From positions 1-60,765 of IMG/VR virus record IMGVR_UViG_3300033148_002164: a stretch of 60,765 bases of DNA. One strand, 5' to 3'. Shown here piece after piece: positions 27,789 through 37,383 of the stretch. Position 1 is the first letter of the stretch; each line of letters opens with the position of its first letter. The notes under the pieces were generated by a model. That model had not been told where the DNA came from, ran no database searches, and worked only from the letters and a program-made list of their open reading frames with translations. The DNA is from a virus. Its lineage: Duplodnaviria; Caudoviricetes. The position numbers were made by a program, and so were the translations under genes.

Positions 27789-28357
27789 CCAAACCAACCC
27801 TACTCGTCACCGGCTTCAACCGCTGCGGCTCCTCCCTGATGATGAAGATGCTCGACAAAGGCGGGGCCGAAGTCATCGCCGAGAACACCGACACCTACGA
27901 GGTCTCGTGGCTCGCCGACCTGACCACGCCTCAAACCAAGGTGGTCCTGAGCCAGGCGCCCGGCCGTGCGATCAAGATCCTCGACCCGCACCTGAACTTC
28001 AAGCACCTGCCCGAGGGCGACTACATCGCGATCGTGGTGGAGCGCGACCACGGAGAGCAGGCCAAGAGCATCGTGCGGGTCATGCGGCTGGTTGGGGTGT
28101 TGGATGGCTCGGTAGACGAGGAGGAGGAGCGCCGGGTGCTGCGCAAGGTGAAGTCGGGGCTGAAGCAGGACCAGCCGAGGATGCTGGAGGAGGTCCGACG
28201 GGTGACTGGGGGGCGGTTCATTCGAGTCCGGTTTGAGAGTCTGCTTTCTGGCGAGTACCAGCCATTCTTCACCATGGGATTCGTCAGCAGCGTTTGTGCT
28301 GGCCTTGATCCAGAAGCCATGATGGACTGCATTCAGAAGCGCGGAGGTGACTCATGA
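27785..28357 (+). CDS. sulfotransferase-like P-loop protein
   Basis: LLVTGFNRCGSSLMMKML (5'-PSB-like), R..EQA.S (3'-PB-like) and VRFE.LL. Confidence 0.65.
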   Translation: MTKPTLLVTGFNRCGSSLMMKMLDKGGAEVIAENTDTYEVSWLADLTTPQTKVVLSQAPGRAIKILDPHLNFKHLPEGDYIAIVVERDHGEQAKSIVRVMRLVGVLDGSVDEEEERRVLRKVKSGLKQDQPRMLEEVRRVTGGRFIRVRFESLLSGEYQPFFTMGFVSSVCAGLDPEAMMDCIQKRGGDS

Positions 28358-28587
28358 AGCGCTTCATCCTGTTCACCACCGAGGACTACTACCCAGCGGG
28401 CGGCGTCAAAGACATCGCTGGGTCGTTTGACTCATTCGAAGAACTCGACCTCGCGCTGGTGTCGTCCAGTGACCGCTACGCCGACGAGGCGCAGTGTCTC
28501 GACACCCAAGACGACCGGAAGCGCATCAGGCGGAGGGTGGAGTACAGCAGCAAGTGGGAAGCGTGGCGCGACTGGGAGGAGGCATGA
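28354..28587 (+). CDS. hypothetical protein
   Basis: Coupled ORF with YYPAGG. Confidence 0.6.
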   Translation: MKRFILFTTEDYYPAGGVKDIAGSFDSFEELDLALVSSSDRYADEAQCLDTQDDRKRIRRRVEYSSKWEAWRDWEEA

Positions 28588-28859
28588 GCGCCGGGATCAC
28601 CAAGTGCGGGAAGCGCGCCTACCCCGGCCAGGCTGAGGCGAAGCGCGAGGCCAAGCAGATCCGCTACCGGTCGGGGATGCCGTTCCGCGCCTACCCGTGC
28701 CCCGACTGCAAGGACTGGCACATCTCGAAGACGCCGCCCCGCAACGGGAAGATCGGCGGGAACAAGAAGCGGAAGCGTGGGCGCCGGCCTGTTCGGGGTC
28801 AGACGTTCGAGGAACTGGCGAAGAAGATGCGCGAGGAGCGCGTGGGAGGTGAGGTATGA
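28584..28859 (+). CDS. small basic zinc-ribbon protein
   Basis: CGKRAY..AYPCPDCKDWH. Confidence 0.65.
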   Translation: MSAGITKCGKRAYPGQAEAKREAKQIRYRSGMPFRAYPCPDCKDWHISKTPPRNGKIGGNKKRKRGRRPVRGQTFEELAKKMREERVGGEV

Positions 28860-29452
28860 GTGAGTGGACCAAAGAACGCGAGGACGAGATCCGCGCGCGG
28901 TGTGAGGCGGCGACTGATGGGCCGTGGATCCGCTACAGCCATAGGACCGGCATCGTGCTTGGTTGCGGCGGAGCGAGCGCCATCTGTAATGCCAGAAACT
29001 CAACTCAAGATGCATCATTCATCGCTAATTCTCGCCAAGATCTACCCGACTCCCTGGCCGAACTCGACCGCCGCGCCGAAGCGCTCACCACCGAGCATAA
29101 CCTCGGCTACCGCAAGGGCTACTCCAACGGCCACTACGACGCCACGGAGGGCGAGGAGTTCAGCGACAGCCCCGGCGATTCGGCCGAGATCGAGCGGACC
29201 ACGGAGGCGGCGTATCTGGAGGAGATCGCGGCGCTGCGGACTCAGGTGCAGCGGGCTCTGAGGGTCGTCAATCGCTATCGCGGTGTCATCAGCGGCCGAC
29301 AGTCAGCCCACCCTGACGAGGTGGTGGCTGAGTTCTGCGCGGAGACCGAGAAGGACTACGCCGATGTGTTCAAGGCTGCGGACGAGGAGCGGACTCGGTG
29401 GCGCCGTCGCGGGATACCCTATCTGATGCCTGGGCGGAAGACTGATGCGTAA
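28856..29452 (+). CDS. Ead/Ea22-like N-terminal domain protein
   Basis: I.AR.EAAT.GPW..DA.FIA.SRQD.P..L.E. Confidence 0.65.
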   Translation: MSEWTKEREDEIRARCEAATDGPWIRYSHRTGIVLGCGGASAICNARNSTQDASFIANSRQDLPDSLAELDRRAEALTTEHNLGYRKGYSNGHYDATEGEEFSDSPGDSAEIERTTEAAYLEEIAALRTQVQRALRVVNRYRGVISGRQSAHPDEVVAEFCAETEKDYADVFKAADEERTRWRRRGIPYLMPGRKTDA

Positions 29453-29879
29453 GGTCTTTCAGACGATCATCGACCGCGAGCGAGGCGACTGCGAACGGGC
29501 CTGCGTTGCGACCATCTTGGGGCTCCCCATCGAGGACGTGCCCAACTTCGCTGACCCAGAGATGCGGACCCACCTGCACTTGTGGATGCGCGAATGGCTC
29601 CACACGCAGGGCTATGGCATCATCGAGACCAAGCGGGATCTGGGGCCGGTCGATTACACCTGCACCGGGCTGTACCGGCTTGCGGCCATCGCCACCGTGC
29701 CGTCGCAGGTGTTCAAGGACGGCAAGCACGCCATCGTCGTAGGCTGGCGCGTCCACCCCGAATACGAGGGCGCGTTGGAATGCTACGTTGTCCACGACCC
29801 CAACCACAGCAACGCGCCCTATGGGGACGTCACGGAGTTGGTGGAGCGGCTGCGCTGGATTGTTCCCCACATGCTGTAG
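29445..29879 (+). CDS. papain-like (C39-related) peptidase-fold protein
   Basis: Q......GDC..AC.A.ILG..HAIV..VHDP. Confidence 0.6.
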   Translation: MRKVFQTIIDRERGDCERACVATILGLPIEDVPNFADPEMRTHLHLWMREWLHTQGYGIIETKRDLGPVDYTCTGLYRLAAIATVPSQVFKDGKHAIVVGWRVHPEYEGALECYVVHDPNHSNAPYGDVTELVERLRWIVPHML

Positions 29880-29925
29880 AGCGAGTCATCCATACTCGTT
29901 GACTTCCAGCAACGAGTCTCGCCCC

Positions 29926-29958
29926 GCAAGACCCCTCACCTCGGTGGGGGTCTTCTGC
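29926..29958 (+). terminator. hairpin after the accessory block
   Basis: AAGACCCCTCACC-TC-GGTGGGGGTCTT. Confidence 0.55.
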
Positions 29959-30008
29959 ATTCGCCTTTCCAGCCGCGCGGCGCTATTCTATGCATCAGGA
30001 GGTAGCCC

Positions 30009-31568
30009 ATGGGTCTACGCGAAGATCTTCAGGACTTGCAGGACCGGGCCGCCAGTGGCTTTACGGGGCCAACATTTGAGCCGCTGCAACTCCCGGCGCC
30101 AGTTGAGAGGGTGGACACCGCGCAAGTAGAGGTGCTGCCGGCGCCGGAGCCATACCGGTCGGACTCGATCGCGAACTTCCAGACTGCGCTCGGGACTACG
30201 AGGGACAAGGGGCAGGCCGCGCGGCCGAGCCGGAACCTGCTGCCGCTCAGCTTCGCCGAACTCTACATCCTCTACCGGCACAATGGGTACGCCAAGCGCT
30301 TCGTCGACGTGGTGCCCGACAACGCCACCAAGAAGAACTGGCGGCTCCTGCTCCAGCAAGAGAAGGACGCCGACCCCGGCGAGAAGGTCAAGGTCCAAGC
30401 CGAGTTCCAGCAGGAGATCCTGAACGAGAACAAGCGGCTCTCTCTGGTGAGCAAGACGGCGGACGCAAACCGCTGGGGCCGGCTATTCGGCGGCGCTCTG
30501 ATGCTGATGATCACCGAGGACGATATCCCCGGTGACTTCGACGGGAACGCTCAGCAGTGGCTTGCACAGCCGCTGGACCTCGACAAGGTGAAGCGCCTGC
30601 AGAACCTCGTGGTGCTCGACGCGGTGGAGTTCACCGCCCAGTCCTACAACGACGACCTCACCTCCCCACGCTTTGGCCGGGTCGAGACATGGAGCATCAA
30701 CGCCAGCACGGGCGGGCACTCGGTGGTCGGGACCATCCACGCGACCCGCGCGCTGTACTGGCCAGGCGCCAAACTCCCGCCTAGCCGGTCGGTGGCGAAG
30801 GGCGGCATTGACGACAGCGTGCTGCAGGCTGCTTGGGACCAGCTGCGCAACAAGACCTCGGTTGACCAAGGTGGCGCCGTTCAGGCTCAGCAACTCACGC
30901 GGGACATCCTGACGATCAAGGACGTCAGCACGATGACCCTGAGCGATCAGGCAGCGACCTTCGCCATGCGGATGAAGGCGCTCGCGATGGGGCTCAGCGC
31001 CAACAACATGGCGATCATGAACGAGGGCGAGGACTTCAAGAGCCACGTCGCCAACGTCACGGGCTTCGACAAGCTGGACAACGCCGCCCGTAGCGCACTC
31101 GCTGCTGCAACCGGCATGTCTCAGGTGCGCCTGTTCGGGGAGACCCCCGGAGGCCTCAACAGCGACGGGGAGAGCAGCCAGCGCCACGACGCGAACATGG
31201 TGGCCGGCGTGCAGGAGACTATCTATCGGCCGAACCTTGAGCCGCTGTACACGGTGATGCTCGCCGCGAGCGAGGGGCCGTTTGCTGGCCTCGAGGCCGA
31301 CTGGAACCTTGAGTTTGTGCCCCTCGGCGAGCTCACGAAGAAGGAAGAGGCCGAGATCGGGGAGATCAACTCGCGCACTGACAAGAACTACACCGACGCC
31401 GGCGTGCTGCCTGCTGACCACGTAGCCGCCTCCCGATTCGGGCCTGGCGGGGATCAGGGCATTCTCCCGATCGACGCTGAGGCCGAGGATGCAGCCGACC
31501 TTGAGCGCACGCGGTTGGCGATGGAGGAGGAGAAGAAGCGGATCGCTGAGGAGCAGGCCGCAGAGTAG
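30009..31568 (+). CDS. portal protein (DUF1073/HI1409-like)
   Basis: WGRLFGGA, SPRFG, IHATR, RLFGETPGGLNS.GE and F.PL motifs; position. Confidence 0.92.
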   Translation: MGLREDLQDLQDRAASGFTGPTFEPLQLPAPVERVDTAQVEVLPAPEPYRSDSIANFQTALGTTRDKGQAARPSRNLLPLSFAELYILYRHNGYAKRFVDVVPDNATKKNWRLLLQQEKDADPGEKVKVQAEFQQEILNENKRLSLVSKTADANRWGRLFGGALMLMITEDDIPGDFDGNAQQWLAQPLDLDKVKRLQNLVVLDAVEFTAQSYNDDLTSPRFGRVETWSINASTGGHSVVGTIHATRALYWPGAKLPPSRSVAKGGIDDSVLQAAWDQLRNKTSVDQGGAVQAQQLTRDILTIKDVSTMTLSDQAATFAMRMKALAMGLSANNMAIMNEGEDFKSHVANVTGFDKLDNAARSALAAATGMSQVRLFGETPGGLNSDGESSQRHDANMVAGVQETIYRPNLEPLYTVMLAASEGPFAGLEADWNLEFVPLGELTKKEEAEIGEINSRTDKNYTDAGVLPADHVAASRFGPGGDQGILPIDAEAEDAADLERTRLAMEEEKKRIAEEQAAE

Positions 31569-31617
31569 AAAACCCGCCACCGATTGCTCGGGGCGGGCGC
31601 CTTGTCGGGGGCTTGGC

Positions 31618-31860
31618 TTAGTCTACCACGGGAGCAGTCAAGTCGAGCCACTCTCCAGCCACCGGCTCGCGGTAGACGCGCTCTCCATTCACCACCCTCA
31701 CCTCAGTCATGCCGAGAGATACGGCTGTCGCGTTGACAGCGGCGATAAGGTCGGGAGTCCACTCCAAGGGTGGAGCACTGCGTGAGACTGGACCATCGTG
31801 AAAGAGTAGCGCCTTCATGTCCTTGTCCGAGAGGAGGATCGATATTCTCACGTTCATCAT
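31618..31860 (-). CDS. hypothetical protein (accessory island 1)
   Basis: GAGG RBS; convergent with the portal gene. Confidence 0.5.
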   Translation of the reverse strand: MMNVRISILLSDKDMKALLFHDGPVSRSAPPLEWTPDLIAAVNATAVSLGMTEVRVVNGERVYREPVAGEWLDLTAPVVD

Positions 31861-31965
31861 CCTTCACCTCGTAGCGTCCACGGCGTGAAGTCGGTCCGCC
31901 CTTCACGCGGGTCAGGACCAAGCCCCAGCGCGTGCTGCTCCATCGCCTCCCAGAACTTCCGCTTC

Positions 31966-32097
31966 TCAGCGTCGCCGGCTGGGTCGCCCGCACAGGGCGT
32001 CCAGCATGTCGAGGGTGCTCAGGGTCTTCTCGTTGGTTCGGATGATTCCCTCGATACCGAGGCGGGTGAAGTTCTTGGCCAATTGCGTTGCGTTCAT
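31966..32097 (-). CDS. short ORF (43 aa), possibly truncated
   Basis: GGAGAACGAC-ATG and promoter TTGACG-N16-TATAGT (32146-32119). Confidence 0.5.
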   Translation of the reverse strand: MNATQLAKNFTRLGIEGIIRTNEKTLSTLDMLDALCGRPSRRR

Positions 32098-32223
32098 GTC
32101 GTTCTCCGTTCTGCTTCTACTATAGCACGCTGTAACGACGCGTCAAGGAACACGATCACACGATCCCGCCCCGCGATTGACCGCCGCCCCGCTCGGCGAT
32201 AGCCTGAGACAGAGGAGGAACTC

Positions 32224-32709
32224 ATGACCGAACAACTGCGCCGAGCTCTCGCCCGATACAAGAAGCACTTCATCATCGGCTTCACCAAGCCCGTGGACCG
32301 TGACGCGGTGGCCCGCCTTGCGAGCCTGGACCACCTGAGTGATGAGGAGTTCGCCGTCCGCCTGGACTCCGCGCGCCGCGCCTGCAAGACCGTCTTCGGT
32401 AGGGGCTGCGAGGACTTCCTGATTGCTCAGGTCATGATCGCCGAGGTTGAGACCGTCGAGGTTGAGCGGTTGGTTGGGGTCGCGCCTGAGCTTGAGCCAA
32501 AGGTCGAGCCGCCCAAAAAGGAAGAGCCCGCCCCTACGAAGCCCGGCAAGCGACTCGCCTCGTGGATGGAGGTCAACAAGGTGCCCGACCTCTCCTTCCT
32601 CGCTGACTACACCGAGAAGGACCTGCTCGACTCCGATGGTATCGGCCCCGCCGTGCTCAAGGAGATCAAGGTACTGCTCAAGGCTAAAGGCCTCTCCCTC
32701 AAGGAGTAG
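32224..32709 (+). CDS. protein with a C-terminal RNA polymerase alpha-CTD-like helix-hairpin-helix
   Basis: LADYTEKDLLDSDGIGPAVLKEIKVLLKAKGLSLKE. Confidence 0.65.
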   Translation: MTEQLRRALARYKKHFIIGFTKPVDRDAVARLASLDHLSDEEFAVRLDSARRACKTVFGRGCEDFLIAQVMIAEVETVEVERLVGVAPELEPKVEPPKKEEPAPTKPGKRLASWMEVNKVPDLSFLADYTEKDLLDSDGIGPAVLKEIKVLLKAKGLSLKE

Positions 32710-32712
32710 CCC

Positions 32713-33501
32713 GTGGCGGCCATAACCACAGCACCTGGATCTGAGGCGACCACCAAGCGCGCCAAATACTACCCCCGCCAGTGGGAGGGCCAGTATGCGC
32801 GGTTCCTGCGTCGTAGGGTGAAGATCCTGACGGCGCTCGTTGCGGACCAGGTAGCCGAGTTGCTCGAGGACGCCCAAGAACGGGAAGACCTCGATGCCAT
32901 GTTCCGCGCTGACTCGGACTCCGTCTTCGTGCGTGCCTTCGACGTGATGATTGAGGCCCTGCGCCGCGTGCTGCCGTCCATCGCGCTGATTCGCCCCAAG
33001 AGGCTGCTGCCCTTCGGCAAGGGCGTGGACCGGCACGCAGAGCGCACACTCGGGATTCAGGTCAAGGTCCCAGTGCGTGATGCCTTCACCGGCGACATCA
33101 TCAACAACTGGGCCCGGACGAACGCCGATCTCATCACCAACATGGGCCACACCTATCTGGACGACGTAGCCAAGCAGGTCTCAAAGGCCGTCATCGAGGG
33201 GACCACGACGAAGGACCTCGCCAAGATCATCAGGGAGCGGACTGGCGTCGGGCTTCGGCGGGCTGACCTGCTCGCGCGAGACCAGATCTCAACGCTCAAC
33301 AGCCAGATCACCCGAGCACGCCAAGAGGCGGCCGGGATCACTGAGTTCGTTTGGGTGGACAGCGGGGACAGCCGGGTCAGGACGAGTCATGAGCAGTTGC
33401 ACAATCAGACGTTCAGTTGGGTCACAGGCGCCCCCGGAGAGGGCCGGCCCGGCGAGCCGATAAACTGCCGGTGCACCGCTGAGCCCGTGATTCCTGACTG
33501 A
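32713..33501 (+). CDS. minor head protein (MuF/SPP1 gp7 family)
   Basis: RA.L.ARDQ, W..SGD.RVR.SH and PGEPINCRC. Confidence 0.92.
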   Translation: MAAITTAPGSEATTKRAKYYPRQWEGQYARFLRRRVKILTALVADQVAELLEDAQEREDLDAMFRADSDSVFVRAFDVMIEALRRVLPSIALIRPKRLLPFGKGVDRHAERTLGIQVKVPVRDAFTGDIINNWARTNADLITNMGHTYLDDVAKQVSKAVIEGTTTKDLAKIIRERTGVGLRRADLLARDQISTLNSQITRARQEAAGITEFVWVDSGDSRVRTSHEQLHNQTFSWVTGAPGEGRPGEPINCRCTAEPVIPD

Positions 33502-33612
33502 ACTCAGGGGCCCAGGTTGCTTGCGCGTCGAGACCAAGGCGCTCGGCGAGCGGTCGGGGCTTTGGGTGGTGGGGTCGCTTCAGGCCTTGGAAGGTGAAGC
33601 GGGGGTCGAGCA

Positions 33613-33978
33613 TCACCACTCACCCCGCAGAAGCACGCACCGGATCACGGCCTCGCCCATCGTCTGGCTTGCCGGTGTCCCGCTCATGCGCCCGAACTCG
33701 TCGCGCCATCGAAGCATGGGCTGCCGGTCCTCGCGCATCACGTTGAGGATGTAGCGGTGCCGGAGCATCGAGAGCAGGATGTAGCCGGTGCGCTCGTCGT
33801 AGGCGTCGACGATTCGAAGACCGAGATCGTGCGGCCAGTCGTATTCGCCATGGGGGTTCTCGTTCCTGCTGAGCCGGTGCCCGAAGTACTTCAGGGTCGG
33901 CAGTTGCGTGTTCATGCCGGGCTCCCAATGGAAGCCGGGCAGCCGCATTGCCTCTTGGACTTGCTCGACGGTCAGCAT
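33613..33978 (-). CDS. hypothetical protein, distant relative of the 'LEAAP' family
   Basis: F.WEPGM..D..TG..LL..LR..T.GEAVI. Confidence 0.6.
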   Translation of the reverse strand: MLTVEQVQEAMRLPGFHWEPGMNTQLPTLKYFGHRLSRNENPHGEYDWPHDLGLRIVDAYDERTGYILLSMLRHRYILNVMREDRQPMLRWRDEFGRMSGTPASQTMGEAVIRCVLLRGEW

Positions 33979-34481
33979 GACTCGACCCCGAGCAGCGCCT
34001 TCAGCTGAGGCTCAAGACGCTCAACAGCATCTCGACCACTCTCGCCTTGCTCCAGATCGATGCCGCCGATGTAGGAGTAGACGCCGTGTGGGTCGTCCTC
34101 AATCTGCTGTTCATCGGTCCCGCACAACTCCCACACGGCGGCAACGGCGCGGTGGTAGTTCTCTGGACATGTGTGCTCGTCATAGAAATAGCTTTGGTCC
34201 TTCCCTTGTTCTCCGTGGCTCTCGAAGCGCATCCCTTCAACGATAAGCACGAGCGTCCCGCCCTCCAACTGGAGCACCTCAAGCGTCTTGATGCGGCGCT
34301 CGGCGCGAGCCTTCACGGTGACAGCCTGGCCATCCACGGTCCCCTCGTAGGCCCCGCCGCAATGGTCGCAGTACCACGAGCCCCATTGGCGCTTACTGTC
34401 GAGTAGATGGTCGATGCGCCCGGCTGGCTTGAAGCAGTGTGGGCAGATCACTCTTGTGATGGTTTCTGTTGTGGTGCTCAT
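33972..34481 (-). CDS. zinc-ribbon hypothetical protein
   Basis: CPHC..WYCDHCG; YFYDEHTCPENY. Confidence 0.7.
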   Translation of the reverse strand: MSTTTETITRVICPHCFKPAGRIDHLLDSKRQWGSWYCDHCGGAYEGTVDGQAVTVKARAERRIKTLEVLQLEGGTLVLIVEGMRFESHGEQGKDQSYFYDEHTCPENYHRAVAAVWELCGTDEQQIEDDPHGVYSYIGGIDLEQGESGRDAVERLEPQLKALLGVESC

Positions 34482-34807
34482 GGCCGGCCTCCCTTGCCCG
34501 GAGTTCCGCGCAGCACGCCGGGGCCCTGCTTGAGATTCCCGATCATCTTGCCAGCCATTGGCACACGGACGGACTCGCCGAGAATCGTGAGATTGAGCAT
34601 CGGATGGAACTGCCTCACCGGATAGTCGTGGCCTTGGTCGGAGTAGTGGATGGTCCTGAAGGTTGCCGTGTACTTGACGTTGGAAATGACGCCATCCGGG
34701 AACCTCACATCACAGCGCCCGTCGACTTCAACGAGTTTCACGCCGTTGACGGTGTAGGTGAGATGTTCCCACGAGTTCGTCACTTCCACCTTGTAGAAGT
34801 CAATCAT
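34478..34807 (-). CDS. hypothetical protein (first gene of island 2)
   Basis: GGAGAACGAT-ATG, with promoter TTGACT-N16-TATAGT (34860-34833). Confidence 0.65.
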   Translation of the reverse strand: MIDFYKVEVTNSWEHLTYTVNGVKLVEVDGRCDVRFPDGVISNVKYTATFRTIHYSDQGHDYPVRQFHPMLNLTILGESVRVPMAGKMIGNLKQGPGVLRGTPGKGGRP

Positions 34808-34938
34808 ATCGTTCTCCATTCGATTCACCAGAACTATAACGCAACGCCATGACAAGTCAATCAACGATCGCCGCCCGTGTTGCCCGTGCCCCGAACCCGT
34901 GGTATTTCTTGGGTATCTCTTGCGCGCGCGAGGCCCGT

Positions 34939-36153
34939 GTGACCGTCCTACAGTACCGCACCGACTCCGATGAAGACGCGCCCACGTCGTACCGCTACGA
35001 TCGGGGACAACTCGGGCCACCCCGCAAAACCAAAGAGGGCTACCTGATCCTTGAGGGCTACGCGGCCAAGCCGGGGATCCTTGAGTACCGGACTCCGAAC
35101 GGGATTCGTCGGGAGCTCGTGCTGCCGGATGAGTTGGCTCGGCCCTCCTCGATGGATTCGTTGAAGCACAAGCCGGCGACCTTCAAGCACCCGAAACCCG
35201 CAGACAGGCCGGTCGGGCCGCACAATGTGAAACGGCTTGGTGTTGGCGACGTGCCCAAGGTCTGGGTCGATGAGCACGGCTTCCTTCAAGTCAAGGTCAT
35301 CGTTCGGGACGCCGAGGCTATCCAGGCCATCGAGTCGCTGAAGTCCGTCGAACTCAGCCCCGGTTACATCGTCATGGTCGAAATGACCTCCGGCGAGCAC
35401 GACGAGTTTGGCCCCTACGATGCCATCCAGCGGGGCCGGTTGTATGACCACCTCGCCATTGTTGATAGGGCTCGCGGTGGCTCCGAAGTCCGCTTGCGGG
35501 TAGACTCTGACGACAACCAAGTAGACTCACCACCTGATGGCGCTCCTGCGCTGGAGGAACCAAAGATGAACCCCACTCTTCTGGCCGTCGCGATGCTTCT
35601 CAGCGTCCGAGTAGATGCCGCCGACACTGATGAGACCCTCGGGCCCAAGGTGACCGCTGCCGCACAAGACATCAAGGACAAGGCTGAGCGTGTTGACGCT
35701 GCCGAGGTCGAGGTCACCAGCGCCACTGAGCGCGCTGATGCCGCCGATGCTGCCAAGACCAAGGCAGAGGCCGACCTGGCCACCGAGCAGGAAGCGCACC
35801 GCGCCGACTCCATGGACCTGCCCGCCCTGCAGGATTGGCACGCCAAGCGCTCGGTCCTCGAAGCCCGCGCCAAGGTCGCCAAGGTCGAGAAGGTTGACGA
35901 GATGGACAACGAGGCCCTCACCAAGGCCGTCGTCGTCGCCGTCGTCACCGATGCCAAGACCGACGCTGAGCCCGCCTACTACTCTGCCGCCTTCGACATG
36001 CTCCCCGAGATCAAGGTCGACGGCGCTGGTTCGTGGTCCGGTCTCCGCAAGGAGCGCCGCAAGGACAGCGACGACAAGCCCGCCAAGCCGATCCAGACTT
36101 CCACCGCGAAGACCTGGAACAAGTCCTTCGAAGCCAATCGCCCTACCAAGTAA
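34939..36153 (+). CDS. prohead protease/scaffold (DUF2213-like)
   Basis: EGYL, G...Y, T..HP, ELS.GY and HLAIV..ARGG; acidic coiled C-terminus; start inferred at GTG 34939. Confidence 0.88.
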   Translation: MTVLQYRTDSDEDAPTSYRYDRGQLGPPRKTKEGYLILEGYAAKPGILEYRTPNGIRRELVLPDELARPSSMDSLKHKPATFKHPKPADRPVGPHNVKRLGVGDVPKVWVDEHGFLQVKVIVRDAEAIQAIESLKSVELSPGYIVMVEMTSGEHDEFGPYDAIQRGRLYDHLAIVDRARGGSEVRLRVDSDDNQVDSPPDGAPALEEPKMNPTLLAVAMLLSVRVDAADTDETLGPKVTAAAQDIKDKAERVDAAEVEVTSATERADAADAAKTKAEADLATEQEAHRADSMDLPALQDWHAKRSVLEARAKVAKVEKVDEMDNEALTKAVVVAVVTDAKTDAEPAYYSAAFDMLPEIKVDGAGSWSGLRKERRKDSDDKPAKPIQTSTAKTWNKSFEANRPTK

Positions 36154-36184
36154 ACCCACCGGGCTTCGGCCCTTAGAATAGGAG

Positions 36185-37375
36185 ATGGCCATGACCATCA
36201 GCCAGCAGGCCACCGATGTCCGGGGAGATCGTTTTCTCCAGGGTCGTCCCGGTGAGCCTTCCCAGTACAGCCCGTTCAACAGCGTTCGGGACTTCATCAA
36301 CAGCGCGCCCCAGGCGAAGCAGACCGCGACCGTCGTGGTTGACACCGCCACCAACAGCACCATCTACACCTACACGGTGAACGGTGTGGACATCACCACC
36401 ACCTCGGACGCCTCGGCTACCAAGATCGAGATCGCTGACGCTCTCGCGGTAGCCCACAACTCCGAGCCCGCCGTTCGCGGTCAGGTCGTGGCCGTCTCCG
36501 ATGGCGTCGACACCGTGACCCTGACCAGCACCGTCTCCGGTCTGGCCTTCACTGCCTCCGATTCAGACTCCCGCCTGACCACCAGCGCCGGCACCTCCAA
36601 CGCCGCTGCTGACTCCATCGGGTTCGGCCTGATCCTGGTCGCCCTGGCCCTGTCCGCCTCCGACCGCATGCCGCCCTGCGCCCTGCCCAAGTCGAGCCTG
36701 TACACCGCTCAGGTGATGACCGGCGCCTTCACCTACCAGGTCGGCAAGATCATCCGCTGCCAGGTCATCGACAAGCACAGCGGAGCCGTCATCGCTGACG
36801 CCGAGCACGTGCAGGCCGCTGACCTCGCGACCTCCATCACCGCTCTCGTGGCTCAGCTGAATGCTCAGCTGCCCGCGAACACCGTGGTCGCGGTTGCCGG
36901 CGCTACCAGTTGGACCCTGACCGCCGAGAAGGCTGGCCTCGAGTTCGATGCCAACGTCTCCTCAGACGACAGCGTCAACGTTCTGGAGACCATCGCCTAC
37001 ACCACCGGCCCTTCTCCAGTCACCAGCCTCATCCGGTCCTTCATCGGGCTGTCCAAGGCTACCCTGGACGAGGAGACCACCACCATCGGCGGCGACACTG
37101 TGGCGTACCCCGCTAACGCTGGCGTCAAGGTCGGTCAGGAAGGTCACTACTGGGTCAGTCGCGACTCCAGCGAGACCATCTCCTTCGGTGACGGCGTCTA
37201 CGTCGAGATGGACGCCACCAGCGATGACATCGGCAAGTGCTTCCAGGCCACCTCTTCCACGCGGCTGCTTCTGCCCTCCGTGATCTGGGAGCGGACCGAC
37301 ACCGGTGATGTCGCCACCGACCTGATCGGTGAGATCTCCTTCAACTGGCGCTCCACCCGCGCCGCTGCCCAGTAG
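36185..37375 (+). CDS. head decoration/cement-like protein with inserted beta-rich domains
   Basis: Lies between scaffold and capsid genes; IGFG..V and V..EG.YWV..V..GD.VY motifs. Confidence 0.65.
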   Translation: MAMTISQQATDVRGDRFLQGRPGEPSQYSPFNSVRDFINSAPQAKQTATVVVDTATNSTIYTYTVNGVDITTTSDASATKIEIADALAVAHNSEPAVRGQVVAVSDGVDTVTLTSTVSGLAFTASDSDSRLTTSAGTSNAAADSIGFGLILVALALSASDRMPPCALPKSSLYTAQVMTGAFTYQVGKIIRCQVIDKHSGAVIADAEHVQAADLATSITALVAQLNAQLPANTVVAVAGATSWTLTAEKAGLEFDANVSSDDSVNVLETIAYTTGPSPVTSLIRSFIGLSKATLDEETTTIGGDTVAYPANAGVKVGQEGHYWVSRDSSETISFGDGVYVEMDATSDDIGKCFQATSSTRLLLPSVIWERTDTGDVATDLIGEISFNWRSTRAAAQ

Positions 37376-37383
37376 GATTCCCC

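Noticed and set aside
30009-31568. Anti-CBASS Acb1 label sometimes attached to this portal family
   Set aside because: I saw no 2H-phosphoesterase HxT/S domain; motifs and position indicate a plain portal.
31857-32097. Programmed frameshift extending the 43-aa ORF
   Set aside because: Other frames look protein-like, but there is no slippery site. Decay or a sequencing error cannot be distinguished without homologues or reads.
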